46,206 nt of DNA from a virus (taxonomy: Duplodnaviria > Caudoviricetes). Within the stretch, counting starts at the first letter, position 1. Each line of letters begins with the position of its first letter. The notes below the pieces were generated by a model that was not told the DNA's origin, made no database searches, and saw nothing but the letters and a program-made list of their open reading frames with translations. Of this stretch, positions 25,518 to 34,980 are shown piece by piece. The position numbers and the translations under genes were made by a program. The DNA lies in IMG/VR virus record IMGVR_UViG_3300048606_000106, positions 1-46,206 of that record; one strand, 5' to 3'.

Positions 25518-26074
25518 AGTTCGCAAAGAAGCTCAAGCCGGAAATGTTCCGGTCAACACACGAGTTTCGCGCACACTTGCGCGAGCTGCACCTCGACGTC
25601 GAGGGAAAGAATCTCGTCGCCACCGACGGCCATCGCATCATCGTGATCCCGGTTGACGTAGAGCGCGGCGACAAGTCTGGCCCGATCACAGAGGATGCCA
25701 TGAGAGCGGCGCGCGGGCACGAAGACAAGGGCACTGACCTGGCCCGAATCGAAGCGAAGCGCGAACTCCGCACCGGAATCAACGGCAAAGGCCCGAAGTT
25801 CCTGCGCCCAAAGAGCGATGTCAGCTTCCCGGTATACAAAAATGTCATCAAGCAACCCAAGGGCCAGACGGTCACGTTCGGCGTCAACCCGCAATATCTA
25901 CTCGACTGCGCCAAGGCAATGGGCGTTGAGAACGTCCGCGTAACAGTGGTCCTGGAGGCCAAGCACGAACACTCGCTCAACCCGCTGTTTGTGCGCTCAC
26001 TTGACGCAAACAAATCGGACGGCTTGTGCGTGGTTATGCCGGTGCTCACGCCAGAACGGAGTCCACGCCGATGA
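25514..26074 (+). CDS. DNA polymerase III beta-clamp-like protein (short)
   Basis: LVATDGHRI, FPVYKNVI, GVNPQYLLD and terminal VVMPV motifs of DnaN domains II-III. Confidence 0.75.
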   Translation: MKFAKKLKPEMFRSTHEFRAHLRELHLDVEGKNLVATDGHRIIVIPVDVERGDKSGPITEDAMRAARGHEDKGTDLARIEAKRELRTGINGKGPKFLRPKSDVSFPVYKNVIKQPKGQTVTFGVNPQYLLDCAKAMGVENVRVTVVLEAKHEHSLNPLFVRSLDANKSDGLCVVMPVLTPERSPRR

Positions 26075-26352
26075 CCCTCCGCGAAGCCTTCCCTCTCTCC
26101 CTAATGGCCGCCGCCACAGAGTGCGCGCGACTCGCCTCCCTCGCGATGTCCGTAGTGGTCACCTCCCAAGAGCGCCGCGGGCTTGACCGAAAGCTCATTC
26201 TCGCCGGTGCTATCGCCGAGCTGATCCGCGGTGGCAGCCGACTGTTCCCCGGCGGACGGGGCGAGTTGCTCGAGCGCATCCACGACGCACTCGAAGCCGG
26301 GGATGAACAGGTCCTAGAACGCGACCGGATGCGCGCGGAGTTTGCATCGTGA
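26071..26352 (+). CDS. Hypothetical protein
   Basis: ATGA/GTGA coupling. Confidence 0.6.
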   Translation: MTLREAFPLSLMAAATECARLASLAMSVVVTSQERRGLDRKLILAGAIAELIRGGSRLFPGGRGELLERIHDALEAGDEQVLERDRMRAEFAS

Positions 26353-26687
26353 CCGTCGACGAAGCGCTAGCGGTTGCGAATAAAGCAGGGTGGGCCAACT
26401 TGCCCGGCCGCGATGCGCTGGTGTGTGGCGTGCTGGCAGCCGAGGTTTGCCGACTGCGCGATGAGAACGCGAACCTCCACGAGGCATGTCAGTCGTTGCA
26501 AGTCGAACGCGAGAAAGCGCTTCGATCAGCGCGGGCATGGGAATGGCAGAGCACGCAAGCCGGGATCAGGCTCGCCGCGATCGAAGCGAAGTGCAAACAC
26601 CCAGACGGCAACGAACAGTGGCGCGGTGACGGGCCGTTCGTACTCGTGTCCGAGCTGCGCGCGATTCTGGGCGAGGTTGCGTCATGA
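26349..26687 (+). CDS. Hypothetical coiled-coil protein
   Basis: Coupled ORF. Confidence 0.65.
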   Translation: MTVDEALAVANKAGWANLPGRDALVCGVLAAEVCRLRDENANLHEACQSLQVEREKALRSARAWEWQSTQAGIRLAAIEAKCKHPDGNEQWRGDGPFVLVSELRAILGEVAS

Positions 26688-26902
26688 ACGCCCGCGCAGA
26701 CATCCAACACTTGGAACGCTTGGCCGAAGCAGTCGTCATTGTCGACGAGTTGAAGCGCAACGCCGAAGCGCTGTTGCTGAAGCACCAAGCAGCCAAGGCG
26801 CGGCTGGCCGACGCACGAAGACTCGTCGATCAATCACGGCGCGCGGGACTCACGAACGTTGACGTTGCCGAGTTGGCGCGAGCGCTGGGGATGCAGCCAT
26901 GA
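26684..26902 (+). CDS. Hypothetical protein
   Basis: Coupled ORF. Confidence 0.6.
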   Translation: MNARADIQHLERLAEAVVIVDELKRNAEALLLKHQAAKARLADARRLVDQSRRAGLTNVDVAELARALGMQP

Positions 26903-27132
26903 AAGCCCGGTACAAACCGCAAACAACTGACCAGAAGCTTGGGTATCTCGTTGAGGAGTGCGGCGAGGTGCTGGCTGCCGTCGGCAAGACGCAGCGCTGG
27001 GGGCTCGACTCCACCAACCCGGAGATACCTGAGTCGGAGCAGGAGACCAATCGCGATTGGATTTTGCGAGAGCTGGACGACCTCGAGAACGCGGTGACGC
27101 TAGTGCGCGCCGCGCTTCGGGGTGAAGCATGA
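26899..27132 (+). CDS. MazG-like nucleotide pyrophosphohydrolase
   Basis: LVEECGEV...VGK..RWG ... RELDDL motif. Confidence 0.65.
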   Translation: MKARYKPQTTDQKLGYLVEECGEVLAAVGKTQRWGLDSTNPEIPESEQETNRDWILRELDDLENAVTLVRAALRGEA

Positions 27133-27362
27133 CCAGGCCACTCAACTGCCCCAGCTGCGGTAAGCCGCCGCACGTAAGCTTCAACGTCGGCTACACGGTC
27201 GCTTGCACGAACTGCGGCGAAGGCGACTGTAGTTACGACGGCACGATGCACTGGACGCACATTCTAGCCGCTGCGATGGACCGCGAGCGGGCTATCCAAG
27301 ACTGGAACGCACAGGTCCAGGAAGTGCTGGACGAGCGGCTTGATAACGGAGCGTTCACATGA
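27129..27362 (+). CDS. Lar-like (restriction alleviation) Zn-ribbon protein
   Basis: LNCPSCG...VACTNCG...RERAIQDWN. Confidence 0.6.
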   Translation: MTRPLNCPSCGKPPHVSFNVGYTVACTNCGEGDCSYDGTMHWTHILAAAMDRERAIQDWNAQVQEVLDERLDNGAFT

Positions 27363-27688
27363 ACTACGATCAGGTAGCGCTGTATCAGCAGACGTCGATG
27401 CGCATGGCATCACCAGACGAGCCCAGCGATCAACTCCGCGCCGAACTCGCCCGACTACGCGGGTCCACGGCCGAGGCGGATCGGATCCGTGCGCAGACCG
27501 CTGAAGCTGAAGCGGACAAGCGCAACGCCTACCTTGCCGAATGGCAGCGGGGGATCGCGCGCGAATATAGAGTCATCCAGCACTGGCTTAGCGCCGGCTA
27601 CGGCGACAAGGTATTCGTGCTCATCAGTATGCAGCACCACGCTGCCGAGTCGTCGCTGCGTGAACGCATGTCGAGGCACGTAGAATGA
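27359..27688 (+). CDS. Hypothetical protein
   Basis: Coupled ORF. Confidence 0.6.
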   Translation: MNYDQVALYQQTSMRMASPDEPSDQLRAELARLRGSTAEADRIRAQTAEAEADKRNAYLAEWQRGIAREYRVIQHWLSAGYGDKVFVLISMQHHAAESSLRERMSRHVE

Positions 27689-27888
27689 CCCGCCACTTCC
27701 AGATAATCAGCGCCGCCGACCATGCCCGCAGCGAACTCATCACAACAGACTTCAACGCGCTGCTTCGGCAAACGAAGCACTCGGCCCAGTGGTGCACGCC
27801 CGAAGTGCTCGTGCTGGAAGGCGAGCCATTCACGGAAACAGAACTCGCGCAGATTGAAATTGCGAAACAGGAAGGCAGGGAGAAGTGA
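27685..27888 (+). CDS. Hypothetical protein
   Basis: Coupled ORF. Confidence 0.55.
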   Translation: MTRHFQIISAADHARSELITTDFNALLRQTKHSAQWCTPEVLVLEGEPFTETELAQIEIAKQEGREK

Positions 27889-28223
27889 ACGACGACGATA
27901 TCGACATCACCGGAATCGATCGCGCCGCACTGTTGGTAGCGCTCTACCACGGGACCTGCGCTCAAGGGCTGGGCGTGCTTCACGACACGCCAACATTCGA
28001 CCTCTCCGTCGCTGAGGACGTGTTGCGTAAGACAAGCGCGCCAGTCGTGCGTGTGCAGGGCGACAAGGTGAACTTCGACTGGGTCGCGGGCCGACCAATC
28101 AAGTGCGGCTTTGACGGCAACAAGCTTGTGCGCGCGTATGGGTACGACCGCGACGCGCCCGGCGGCGAAGGGTCGGCGCGCCGAATCGTCGAGAGCCTGC
28201 GCGCAAAGGTGGTGACGCCATGA
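27885..28223 (+). CDS. Conserved hypothetical protein (IDITGIDRAALL.ALY...FDWV.GRPIK...YDRD)
   Basis: Recognisable family pattern of unknown function. Confidence 0.7.
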   Translation: MNDDDIDITGIDRAALLVALYHGTCAQGLGVLHDTPTFDLSVAEDVLRKTSAPVVRVQGDKVNFDWVAGRPIKCGFDGNKLVRAYGYDRDAPGGEGSARRIVESLRAKVVTP

Positions 28224-28414
28224 GACCCACAGTCGACATCGCTGTCCAGCGCATGTGGCAACGCCTGATGCCGAAAAAGGTCCCGCTCACCATCGGCCCG
28301 GCGGAAGACGCCGCGGTCTGTGGGTCGTGCCTCTCGTTCATTTTGCGCGGGGAAATGTGCGCCATCCTCGACAAGCGGGCCACGTGTTCCGGCTGCTGGA
28401 AGACGCGCCCATGA
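28220..28414 (+). CDS. Small CxxC protein
   Basis: CGSC...CSGC. Confidence 0.6.
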   Translation: MRPTVDIAVQRMWQRLMPKKVPLTIGPAEDAAVCGSCLSFILRGEMCAILDKRATCSGCWKTRP

Positions 28415-28641
28415 GCAACGTCATCCACATCGACCGCGCTCGTCAACACGGCCTACCAACACTGACCGGAACCGTGCGCCGCTCAGGCTCACCCATCCGC
28501 CGCGATTTCATATTCGGCCGCACGCTAACATCTGCCACGTGCGTGGATTGCCACAACTACATCAGCGTCGGCGAGTACTGCACGCGTTTCTCCGACGGCA
28601 CAACGCAGTGCGAACACTGCGGAATGCTGCCCGACATCTGA
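28411..28641 (+). CDS. Small Zn-finger protein
   Basis: TCVDC..YISVGE...QCEHC. Confidence 0.65.
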   Translation: MSNVIHIDRARQHGLPTLTGTVRRSGSPIRRDFIFGRTLTSATCVDCHNYISVGEYCTRFSDGTTQCEHCGMLPDI

Positions 28642-28663
28642 TTACTTCGGGGGCGCACGTTGT

Positions 28664-28722
28664 GGCGTCCAGAGTGAGCGCATCCCCGCGGCTTCCCCCG
28701 GCCGTCGCGCCCTCTGGACGCC
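28664..28722 (+). other. Intergenic long hairpin (11-bp perfect outer stem) upstream of the recombination genes
   Basis: GGCGTCCAGAG / CTCTGGACGCC enclosing an inner GCGGC/GCCGT stem. Confidence 0.6.
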
Positions 28723-28745
28723 GTTGACCCAAGGAGAAATGAAAC

Positions 28746-28991
28746 GTGGACAGACGAAACCTATCAGCGCCTGACGAAGCTGCGGACCCCTCGTACAGCG
28801 AGAAGACGCTTCAAGAACTCACAACCAACCAGCTCAAAACGCTGCGGGTGTCGGTGGAGGAAGTGCTTGCGGCGCGCGCCCAGAGACTGGCGGCGGAACT
28901 TGCGAGCATCCGGCCGAAGCGGACGCGTGGGCCGAATCGCAAGAAGCTGGCCGAAGAACTCGACGACGTTCCGGTTACGGACAGGGAGTAA
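28746..28991 (+). CDS. Small basic protein, H-NS N-terminal-like helix
   Basis: SD AAGGAG; LQELTTNQLKTLRVSVEEVLAAR then a basic stretch. Confidence 0.6.
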   Translation: MDRRNLSAPDEAADPSYSEKTLQELTTNQLKTLRVSVEEVLAARAQRLAAELASIRPKRTRGPNRKKLAEELDDVPVTDRE

Positions 28992-28993
28992 TC

Positions 28994-30052
28994 ATGCACC
29001 TGCGCGTACTCACGAACAGCGAATTGAAAACGCTTCGAAGGTGTCCTCGTGAACACTTCCTTGCGTACGAGCAAGGCGTGCGCCCTGTCGATGAAGCCGA
29101 GGCGTTGCGCTTTGGTTCGCTCATGCATCGCGGTTTAGAGGCGTGGTGGTTGGCCGTGCAGTCTGGCGCTGACAGGCTCGACGCGGCAATGGCTGCGCTT
29201 GTCAACGCGGTTGACCCGTTCGAGGAGGCGCGCGCCCGAGAGATGCTAATCGGCTACAACGCTCGCTGGTACGATGAGCCGCTGGACGTAATCGCAGTCG
29301 AGAAGGAATTCCGCGCGCCGCTGGTCAACCCAGAAACCGGCGCTCCGTCACGCACGTTTCAGCTCGGCGGCAAGCTCGACGTCATCGTCATCGATCGGCG
29401 GGACGGTCGCGTCTACAAGGTGGAACACAAGAGCAGCAGCGAAGACATTGGCGTCGGGTCTAACTATTGGAAGCGCCTTACGCTCGACCCGCAGATCTCA
29501 ACCTACTACGCAGGCGCGCGCGAGCTTGGCTATGACGTCGCCGGCTGCATTTACGATGTGTTGGCGAAGCCGGGGCAACGGCCGTCGCAGGTTCCGCTGC
29601 GCGACGAGAACAACGAAAAGATCGTGCTCGACGCAAACGGTAGCCGTGTGCGCACGAAGAACGGCAAGAAGTATCGCGAGACCGCGGACGCCGATCTGGG
29701 CTACGTGCTTCAGACACGGCCAGAAACGCCCGATGAATATGCCGAGAGAATCCGCGCAGCGATCGTGGAGAACCCCGACAAGTTCTACCAGCGCGGCACC
29801 GTTGTCCGACTCGAGACCGAAGAGCGCGACGCAGCGTTCGACCGCTGGCAAATATCCAGGATGCTCCGCGAAGCGCAGCTGTCCAACCGCTGGCCGCGCA
29901 ACCCAGACGGGTGTGTTCGATACGGGCGGACATGTTCGTATTTTGGCGTGTGCACCGGAACCGAAGACATCGACGACCCGACACTCTTCCGCCGCACGAC
30001 CAACGTGCACGAAGAGCTGACCCAAGATTACGCCGCGGACGCCGCGGAATAA
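28994..30052 (+). CDS. PD-(D/E)xK exonuclease (RecB/AddB/Cas4-like)
   Basis: RCPR, FGSLMH, VEKEF, GKLD...EHKS, Q...Y and C-terminal C..YGRTC.Y..VC cluster. Confidence 0.88.
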   Translation: MHLRVLTNSELKTLRRCPREHFLAYEQGVRPVDEAEALRFGSLMHRGLEAWWLAVQSGADRLDAAMAALVNAVDPFEEARAREMLIGYNARWYDEPLDVIAVEKEFRAPLVNPETGAPSRTFQLGGKLDVIVIDRRDGRVYKVEHKSSSEDIGVGSNYWKRLTLDPQISTYYAGARELGYDVAGCIYDVLAKPGQRPSQVPLRDENNEKIVLDANGSRVRTKNGKKYRETADADLGYVLQTRPETPDEYAERIRAAIVENPDKFYQRGTVVRLETEERDAAFDRWQISRMLREAQLSNRWPRNPDGCVRYGRTCSYFGVCTGTEDIDDPTLFRRTTNVHEELTQDYAADAAE

Positions 30053-30085
30053 CTGACACGAAGCTCGAAAGAGGAGAGCGACACA

Positions 30086-31045
30086 ATGCCTATCCCAGCA
30101 ATACCAGCGTCACCGCCACGAGTTCAACCGCCACCCACGCAGCGAAGCAACCGACTCGCAAGCGTCATTCGCGGCAAACTAGAGAAGCCTATTCGCGTCG
30201 TGCTGTACGCAACCGATGGACTTGGCAAAAGCACCTTTGCGTCCAAGGCGCCGAGTCCCATTTTCATCGGCGCCGAGGACGGGACCGCGCAGCTCGACGT
30301 TGCGCGCATGCCGGACATCAACTCGTGGACTGACATCTTGGAATCGGTAGATGAGTTGTGCGACTCGACGCATGACTTCAAAAGTCTCGTGCTCGACACT
30401 GCCGACTGGGCGGAGCCGATGTGCTGGGACCGCGTGTGCCAGCTTGGGAAAAAGGAAAACATCGAAGCGTTTCCTTACAAAACTGGGTACACGGCAGCGC
30501 TGGATCACTGGCGTGTATTGCTCAACAAGTTCGACAGAGCGCGCGAGCGCGGGATGAACATCGTGGTTCTCGCACACAGCTGGGTGAAGACATTCAAAAA
30601 CCCAGAGGAGGCCGGCGACTACGATCGCTATGAGCTGGCCCTGCACCACAAGGCCGGCGGCATGATCAAGCAGTGGTCAGACTGCGTACTGTTCGGCAAC
30701 TACGAAACCTTCACGCACAAAGCTGACGGCGGTCGAACGAAGGGTGTTTCGACTGGCGCGCGCATTCTTCACACGCAACGCCGCGCTGCGTTCGACGCCA
30801 AGAACCGCTACGAACTTCCGGAAACACTGCCGCTCGACTGGGACGCATTCGCCGAAGCCGTGGCCGCGCATCAGCCGGGCGATCCCGGAATGCTCCAAGC
30901 GCGCATCGCGACCATGCTCGAATCCGTAACCGACGACATCAAAATAAAAGTCAAAGCGGCGCTCGCCAAAGTCGGCAACGACGCTTCCGAGCTCGCCCGA
31001 ATCGCAAACAAACTTTCTGCCACTGTGAATCAGGAGACGACATGA
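30086..31045 (+). CDS. AAA_24 ATPase (Sak4-like recombinase)
   Basis: VLY.TDGLGKSTFA, LVLDTADWAE, VLAH, WSDCVLF, AKNRY.LP. Confidence 0.9.
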   Translation: MPIPAIPASPPRVQPPPTQRSNRLASVIRGKLEKPIRVVLYATDGLGKSTFASKAPSPIFIGAEDGTAQLDVARMPDINSWTDILESVDELCDSTHDFKSLVLDTADWAEPMCWDRVCQLGKKENIEAFPYKTGYTAALDHWRVLLNKFDRARERGMNIVVLAHSWVKTFKNPEEAGDYDRYELALHHKAGGMIKQWSDCVLFGNYETFTHKADGGRTKGVSTGARILHTQRRAAFDAKNRYELPETLPLDWDAFAEAVAAHQPGDPGMLQARIATMLESVTDDIKIKVKAALAKVGNDASELARIANKLSATVNQETT

Positions 31046-31593
31046 GCAACCTACGACCAGGCACATTCGCAGCACGCGGCGTCAGCGGCGCACTCGGTTT
31101 CACCGAAGGCGGCAAGGAACAAGTCGCTGTGCAACTGGAAATCCTCAGCGAGGAGTTTCTAGGCGAGACCATCACATACTACGGCTACTTCACCGAGAAG
31201 ACCCAAGAGCGCACGATTGAATCGCTTCGCTTGCTCGGCTGGTCTTCCGATGACCTGTTCGACCTGAGCGGCATCGGGTCGACCGAGGTCCGCGTTGTGA
31301 TCGAGGAGGAGGATTACAACGGCAAGCTGCAGCTCAAGGTGAAGTGGATCAACGGTCCAGGCGGGCTCGCGCTCAAGGCGCCGATGAGTGACGGCGAGGC
31401 GCGGGCATTCTCGGCGCGGATGAAAGGTGCCGTGCTGGCAAGCAAGCAGCGAGCGCCGGCTACTACGGCAAGCCGACCGACGACCGCACGATCAGGAACG
31501 CAGCCGCAGCGGAACGGTGCGCAGTCGTCATCGCGTGGGCGCTACGACGATGACGCGCCACCGCCGGTTGATGACGATCAAATTCCGTTCTGA
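31042..31593 (+). CDS. SSB-like (DUF669-like) protein
   Basis: Position after Sak4; OB-like body; acidic tip DDDQIPF. Confidence 0.75.
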   Translation: MSNLRPGTFAARGVSGALGFTEGGKEQVAVQLEILSEEFLGETITYYGYFTEKTQERTIESLRLLGWSSDDLFDLSGIGSTEVRVVIEEEDYNGKLQLKVKWINGPGGLALKAPMSDGEARAFSARMKGAVLASKQRAPATTASRPTTARSGTQPQRNGAQSSSRGRYDDDAPPPVDDDQIPF

Positions 31594-31619
31594 TCTCGAA
31601 GCAAGGGGAGACTACAGTC

Positions 31620-32342
31620 ATGAACCAAACCTATTGGGATCTGTCCGAAAAAGAACGCGCCCAACTCACCGAGTCCGAGGTCGAGCGCTACGTCGACTTC
31701 GAACTGATGACCAAGGGTGTGCTGAAGGTCAAGCCGCTGAAGCTGGTCGAAGTGCCGAAGATGCCGGAGTGTGACCTGACGCTCAGCGTGATCATGGCAG
31801 AAGGGTTTCGCGAGACCGACATAGGGTTTTTCCCTGACGAAGTGCCCTCGGCGGAGGCGGTGCTTTACGAGCACTTCCACATCGACAGCGAGTACGTGGC
31901 GGGCCAACTCGTGAAGGTGGCACGGCCGCTGAAGGCCAGCGCAACCGTCCAGCAAATCCGCGCGTACTCCGCCGACCGCTTCGCTACGGTTCGTGCCACG
32001 ATCGAGAAAGCGGCTTCGGCCAAGAGCGCGAACGAACGGACTCAGCGTGAGCACGACGCGGCCCACGCAAAACAGCGCGAGGCGTTGAAGGGCCTTTGGG
32101 AAGATTGGCACGAGTGCGTGGCGAAACAGGAGCGCCTCGGTCGTATCGTCGACACGTTCCATGACTACGTGAAGACTGCGGGCGACAACGTGATCGCGGC
32201 GAGCTTTCTCAGCAAAGCATTCGAGGCCGGAGATATCGCCGAGGCTGCCGAGTGGTTCGAGGTTGCGATTCCGCTGTTCTCCGGCGTGGATGTGCCGCCG
32301 CCTGCGCCGGCCAATGGGCTGCAGGACGACATTTCATTCTGA
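31620..32342 (+). CDS. Hypothetical protein with SSB-like acidic tip
   Basis: SD GGGGAG; ends LQDDISF. Confidence 0.75.
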   Translation: MNQTYWDLSEKERAQLTESEVERYVDFELMTKGVLKVKPLKLVEVPKMPECDLTLSVIMAEGFRETDIGFFPDEVPSAEAVLYEHFHIDSEYVAGQLVKVARPLKASATVQQIRAYSADRFATVRATIEKAASAKSANERTQREHDAAHAKQREALKGLWEDWHECVAKQERLGRIVDTFHDYVKTAGDNVIAASFLSKAFEAGDIAEAAEWFEVAIPLFSGVDVPPPAPANGLQDDISF

Positions 32343-32379
32343 GCTTACGACGCTGGGAAACGTGTGCAGAAGAACAGCC

Positions 32380-33300
32380 ATGATCAACTCATACCCAAGC
32401 GCAAAGAACCTCGGCCATCCACTGATTGCCGACTTACTTCTAGACGACGTACTCGTGGAGGAGAAAATCGACGGCAGTCAATTTTCGTTCGGGTCATTCG
32501 CGGGCGAACTGCAGTGCCGCAGCAAAGGCGCGCAGATCGAAGTGGCCGAACCAGAAGGCATGTTCGCGCGCGCGGTCGCTACGGCCAGGGAACTGCACGA
32601 GGCCGGCCTCACGCGCGACGGATGGACGTACCGCTGCGAGTACCTGCAGAAGCCCAAACACAACTCGCTGGCATATGATCACGTGCCGGCAAAACATCTC
32701 GCGCTGTTCGACATCGTGGTCGGTGTCGAGTCGTACATGACGCCAGCCGCCAAGCGCGAGGAAGCGCTGCGTCTTGGCCTGGACTGTGTGCCGGCAATGT
32801 TCGAAGGCCGGGTGGAATCGGTCGAGCAAATCCACGCGCTGCTCGACACGGTCTCGTGCCTCGGCGGACAGAAGATCGAGGGCGTGGTGATCAAGAACTA
32901 CGCGCGCTTCGGGCACGACGGGAAGATTCTGATCGGCAAGCACGTGTCCGAGGCGTTCAAGGAAGTGCACGCCAAGGAATGGAAGACCACGAGCCCAGGC
33001 GGCAAGGACATCCTCGGGCTGCTCTGCGAGGAGTACCGGACGCCAGCTCGGTGGGCGAAGGCGGTGCAGCACATGCGCGAGGCGGGCACGCTGCAGAACG
33101 CGGTGCAGGATATCGGCCCGCTGATCCGCGAGGCACAGAAAGACATCGAAGCGGAGTGTCTCGAAGAGATCAAGGAGAAGCTATCCAAGTGGGCGATGCC
33201 GCACGTCAAGCGCGCAGCCGTTCGCGGATTACCGGAGTGGTGGAAGGAACAGCTTCTGGCGCAGCAGTTCGGCGCAGACAACAAGGCGGGTGAACCATGA
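32380..33300 (+). CDS. RNA ligase (Rnl2-like nucleotidyltransferase)
   Basis: Motif I EEKIDGSQFS, ALFDI, EGVVIK and GKHVSEAFKE. Confidence 0.85.
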   Translation: MINSYPSAKNLGHPLIADLLLDDVLVEEKIDGSQFSFGSFAGELQCRSKGAQIEVAEPEGMFARAVATARELHEAGLTRDGWTYRCEYLQKPKHNSLAYDHVPAKHLALFDIVVGVESYMTPAAKREEALRLGLDCVPAMFEGRVESVEQIHALLDTVSCLGGQKIEGVVIKNYARFGHDGKILIGKHVSEAFKEVHAKEWKTTSPGGKDILGLLCEEYRTPARWAKAVQHMREAGTLQNAVQDIGPLIREAQKDIEAECLEEIKEKLSKWAMPHVKRAAVRGLPEWWKEQLLAQQFGADNKAGEP

Positions 33301-33429
33301 AATCTCATCTCTCAACCCTCGCCGCCAGCGCGCTCTGGTCCGCGTTCTTCCTCGCATGGCGCGTGATCGCCGCGCCGGAAGCCGAGCCGAACCGCGCCGA
33401 CACCATGCTCGATCGATAGGGAGACCCCG

Positions 33430-33738
33430 ATGCCTAAGCTCAAATGGAAACGCGCGGACACGGAAGACGGATGGGATCCAGACATTTGGCTCGCCGAACT
33501 TGGCGACGCATACCACCTCGTGGTCTATCCCTTCCATCCAAAGTTCGTCGAAGCGGGCGGGCTTGTTCTCTGGCCTGCTGGCGAAGACATCCTCGAATGC
33601 TGCGAGTGTGGCGATACGACCGAACAGCCGCCGCTTGTCGGGCAGCCGCGCACGCAGGCTGATGACACCGACGCCATGAACGCCGCCGAAGCGATGGCGG
33701 CCGAATGGTTCAAGGAGCAAGTGGGGGCGCTGCTGTGA
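33430..33738 (+). CDS. Hypothetical protein
   Basis: SD AGGGAG; GTGA coupling. Confidence 0.65.
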   Translation: MPKLKWKRADTEDGWDPDIWLAELGDAYHLVVYPFHPKFVEAGGLVLWPAGEDILECCECGDTTEQPPLVGQPRTQADDTDAMNAAEAMAAEWFKEQVGALL

Positions 33739-34355
33739 AAACGTTTGTGCGCATGCCGGGGAACCAGTTCGTCGATGACGGGTGGGCATCACAGCTCGAC
33801 GGCCGCAACACAGGCGAGAAGCGCGGCTCGCGATTCGGCGACCAGTTCAAGAGTAAGGCCGAAGAGCTGGTCGCGCACATCATGGCCAACCGCGAGCGCT
33901 ACCTCGAAGCGTGGGTCGCAGAAACCGGATTGCATCCGAGCGAGTGCGAGCTGGTGGAAACGCAGTGGAACAACGGCGAGCGCGCGGTGCATGTTCGGCT
34001 GCGGAAGAATGACGCGACCACCCAGACGCTCTCCGGTGATGCGTTGGCGGCGGCGACCGCGCTGATAAAGCTGTGGCAAGACACGGACGGCGGTGACCCG
34101 CGCTACGGGGACCCGGGTCCGAAGATTGCTGTCGCTATCGACAAACTTGGTCAAGCGCTGAAGAGCGCGCCGCGCCCGTCGACCGACAACACATCAGCTC
34201 TACGTGCCCAACTCGCATCGAGAGACTCGGCGCTCGATGACTTGCGCGATCAGCTGCGGGCGGAGGGGGAGGTGGCCATGGCTTGGCGGCGGCGGGCCGA
34301 AGTTCTTGAGGGGCGGATGGAAGGTGTTCGGCGTTTGGTGGATGGGGCCAAATGA
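33735..34355 (+). CDS. Hypothetical protein
   Basis: Coupled ORF. Confidence 0.65.
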   Translation: MKTFVRMPGNQFVDDGWASQLDGRNTGEKRGSRFGDQFKSKAEELVAHIMANRERYLEAWVAETGLHPSECELVETQWNNGERAVHVRLRKNDATTQTLSGDALAAATALIKLWQDTDGGDPRYGDPGPKIAVAIDKLGQALKSAPRPSTDNTSALRAQLASRDSALDDLRDQLRAEGEVAMAWRRRAEVLEGRMEGVRRLVDGAK

Positions 34356-34645
34356 CCGACGAAGAGTTACGCGACGCGTTCCAGCTCGATCCGGAAATCG
34401 TGATCGCCGCAATGACCAACGGCTTCCGGTTGATCTACGAAATCTGCTGCAGACGCATCAGGTTCGACATCATGTTTCGACTCGGGCAGGACCAGCTATT
34501 CGCGAATCAGGTCGCACGCGTCGCGATCGAGCACTGGGCGACGTCAGCGGGCACAGCGCAGACAGATGAGCAACTCGACGCGTTTTTGGATCGGGTCTGC
34601 GCGTTGGCGCCGCCGCCCGTGAAGGAAGAGGGGCCGACACCATGA
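34352..34645 (+). CDS. Hypothetical protein
   Basis: Coupled ORF. Confidence 0.6.
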   Translation: MTDEELRDAFQLDPEIVIAAMTNGFRLIYEICCRRIRFDIMFRLGQDQLFANQVARVAIEHWATSAGTAQTDEQLDAFLDRVCALAPPPVKEEGPTP

Positions 34646-34980
34646 GCAAACTACTCGAGACGTTCTCCGGATGGGTCTTAGACGTGGACATATTGGAAGC
34701 GCACTGCGGCGTAGTTACGCTTGAGGTCGACGCGGAAGACCCGATCGACATCAGCGTGCGGTGGCGGGTGTCGTACGTTGACGACGATTACGGCGGCTGG
34801 GAGTCGACCGTTGCAGAGGCCAAGTCCAAGGCCATCGCCGCCGCCGAGAAGCTGCTCGAAGAATCCGCCGCGTTGCTCGCCGAGTTGAAGCGACAGGCTT
34901 CCGCGCCGTGTGCGAACTGCGGCGGACTCGCACGACGGGATGGTCGATGCGTGGGATGTGGAAAGGCGATAGCAACATGA
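34642..34980 (+). CDS. Hypothetical protein with C-terminal Zn ribbon
   Basis: CANCG...CVGCG. Confidence 0.65.
   Translation: MSKLLETFSGWVLDVDILEAHCGVVTLEVDAEDPIDISVRWRVSYVDDDYGGWESTVAEAKSKAIAAAEKLLEESAALLAELKRQASAPCANCGGLARRDGRCVGCGKAIAT

Noticed and set aside
28994-30052. Cas4-like protein as evidence of a CRISPR system
   Set aside because: No repeat-spacer array or other cas genes; context is the Exo/Sak4/SSB recombination module
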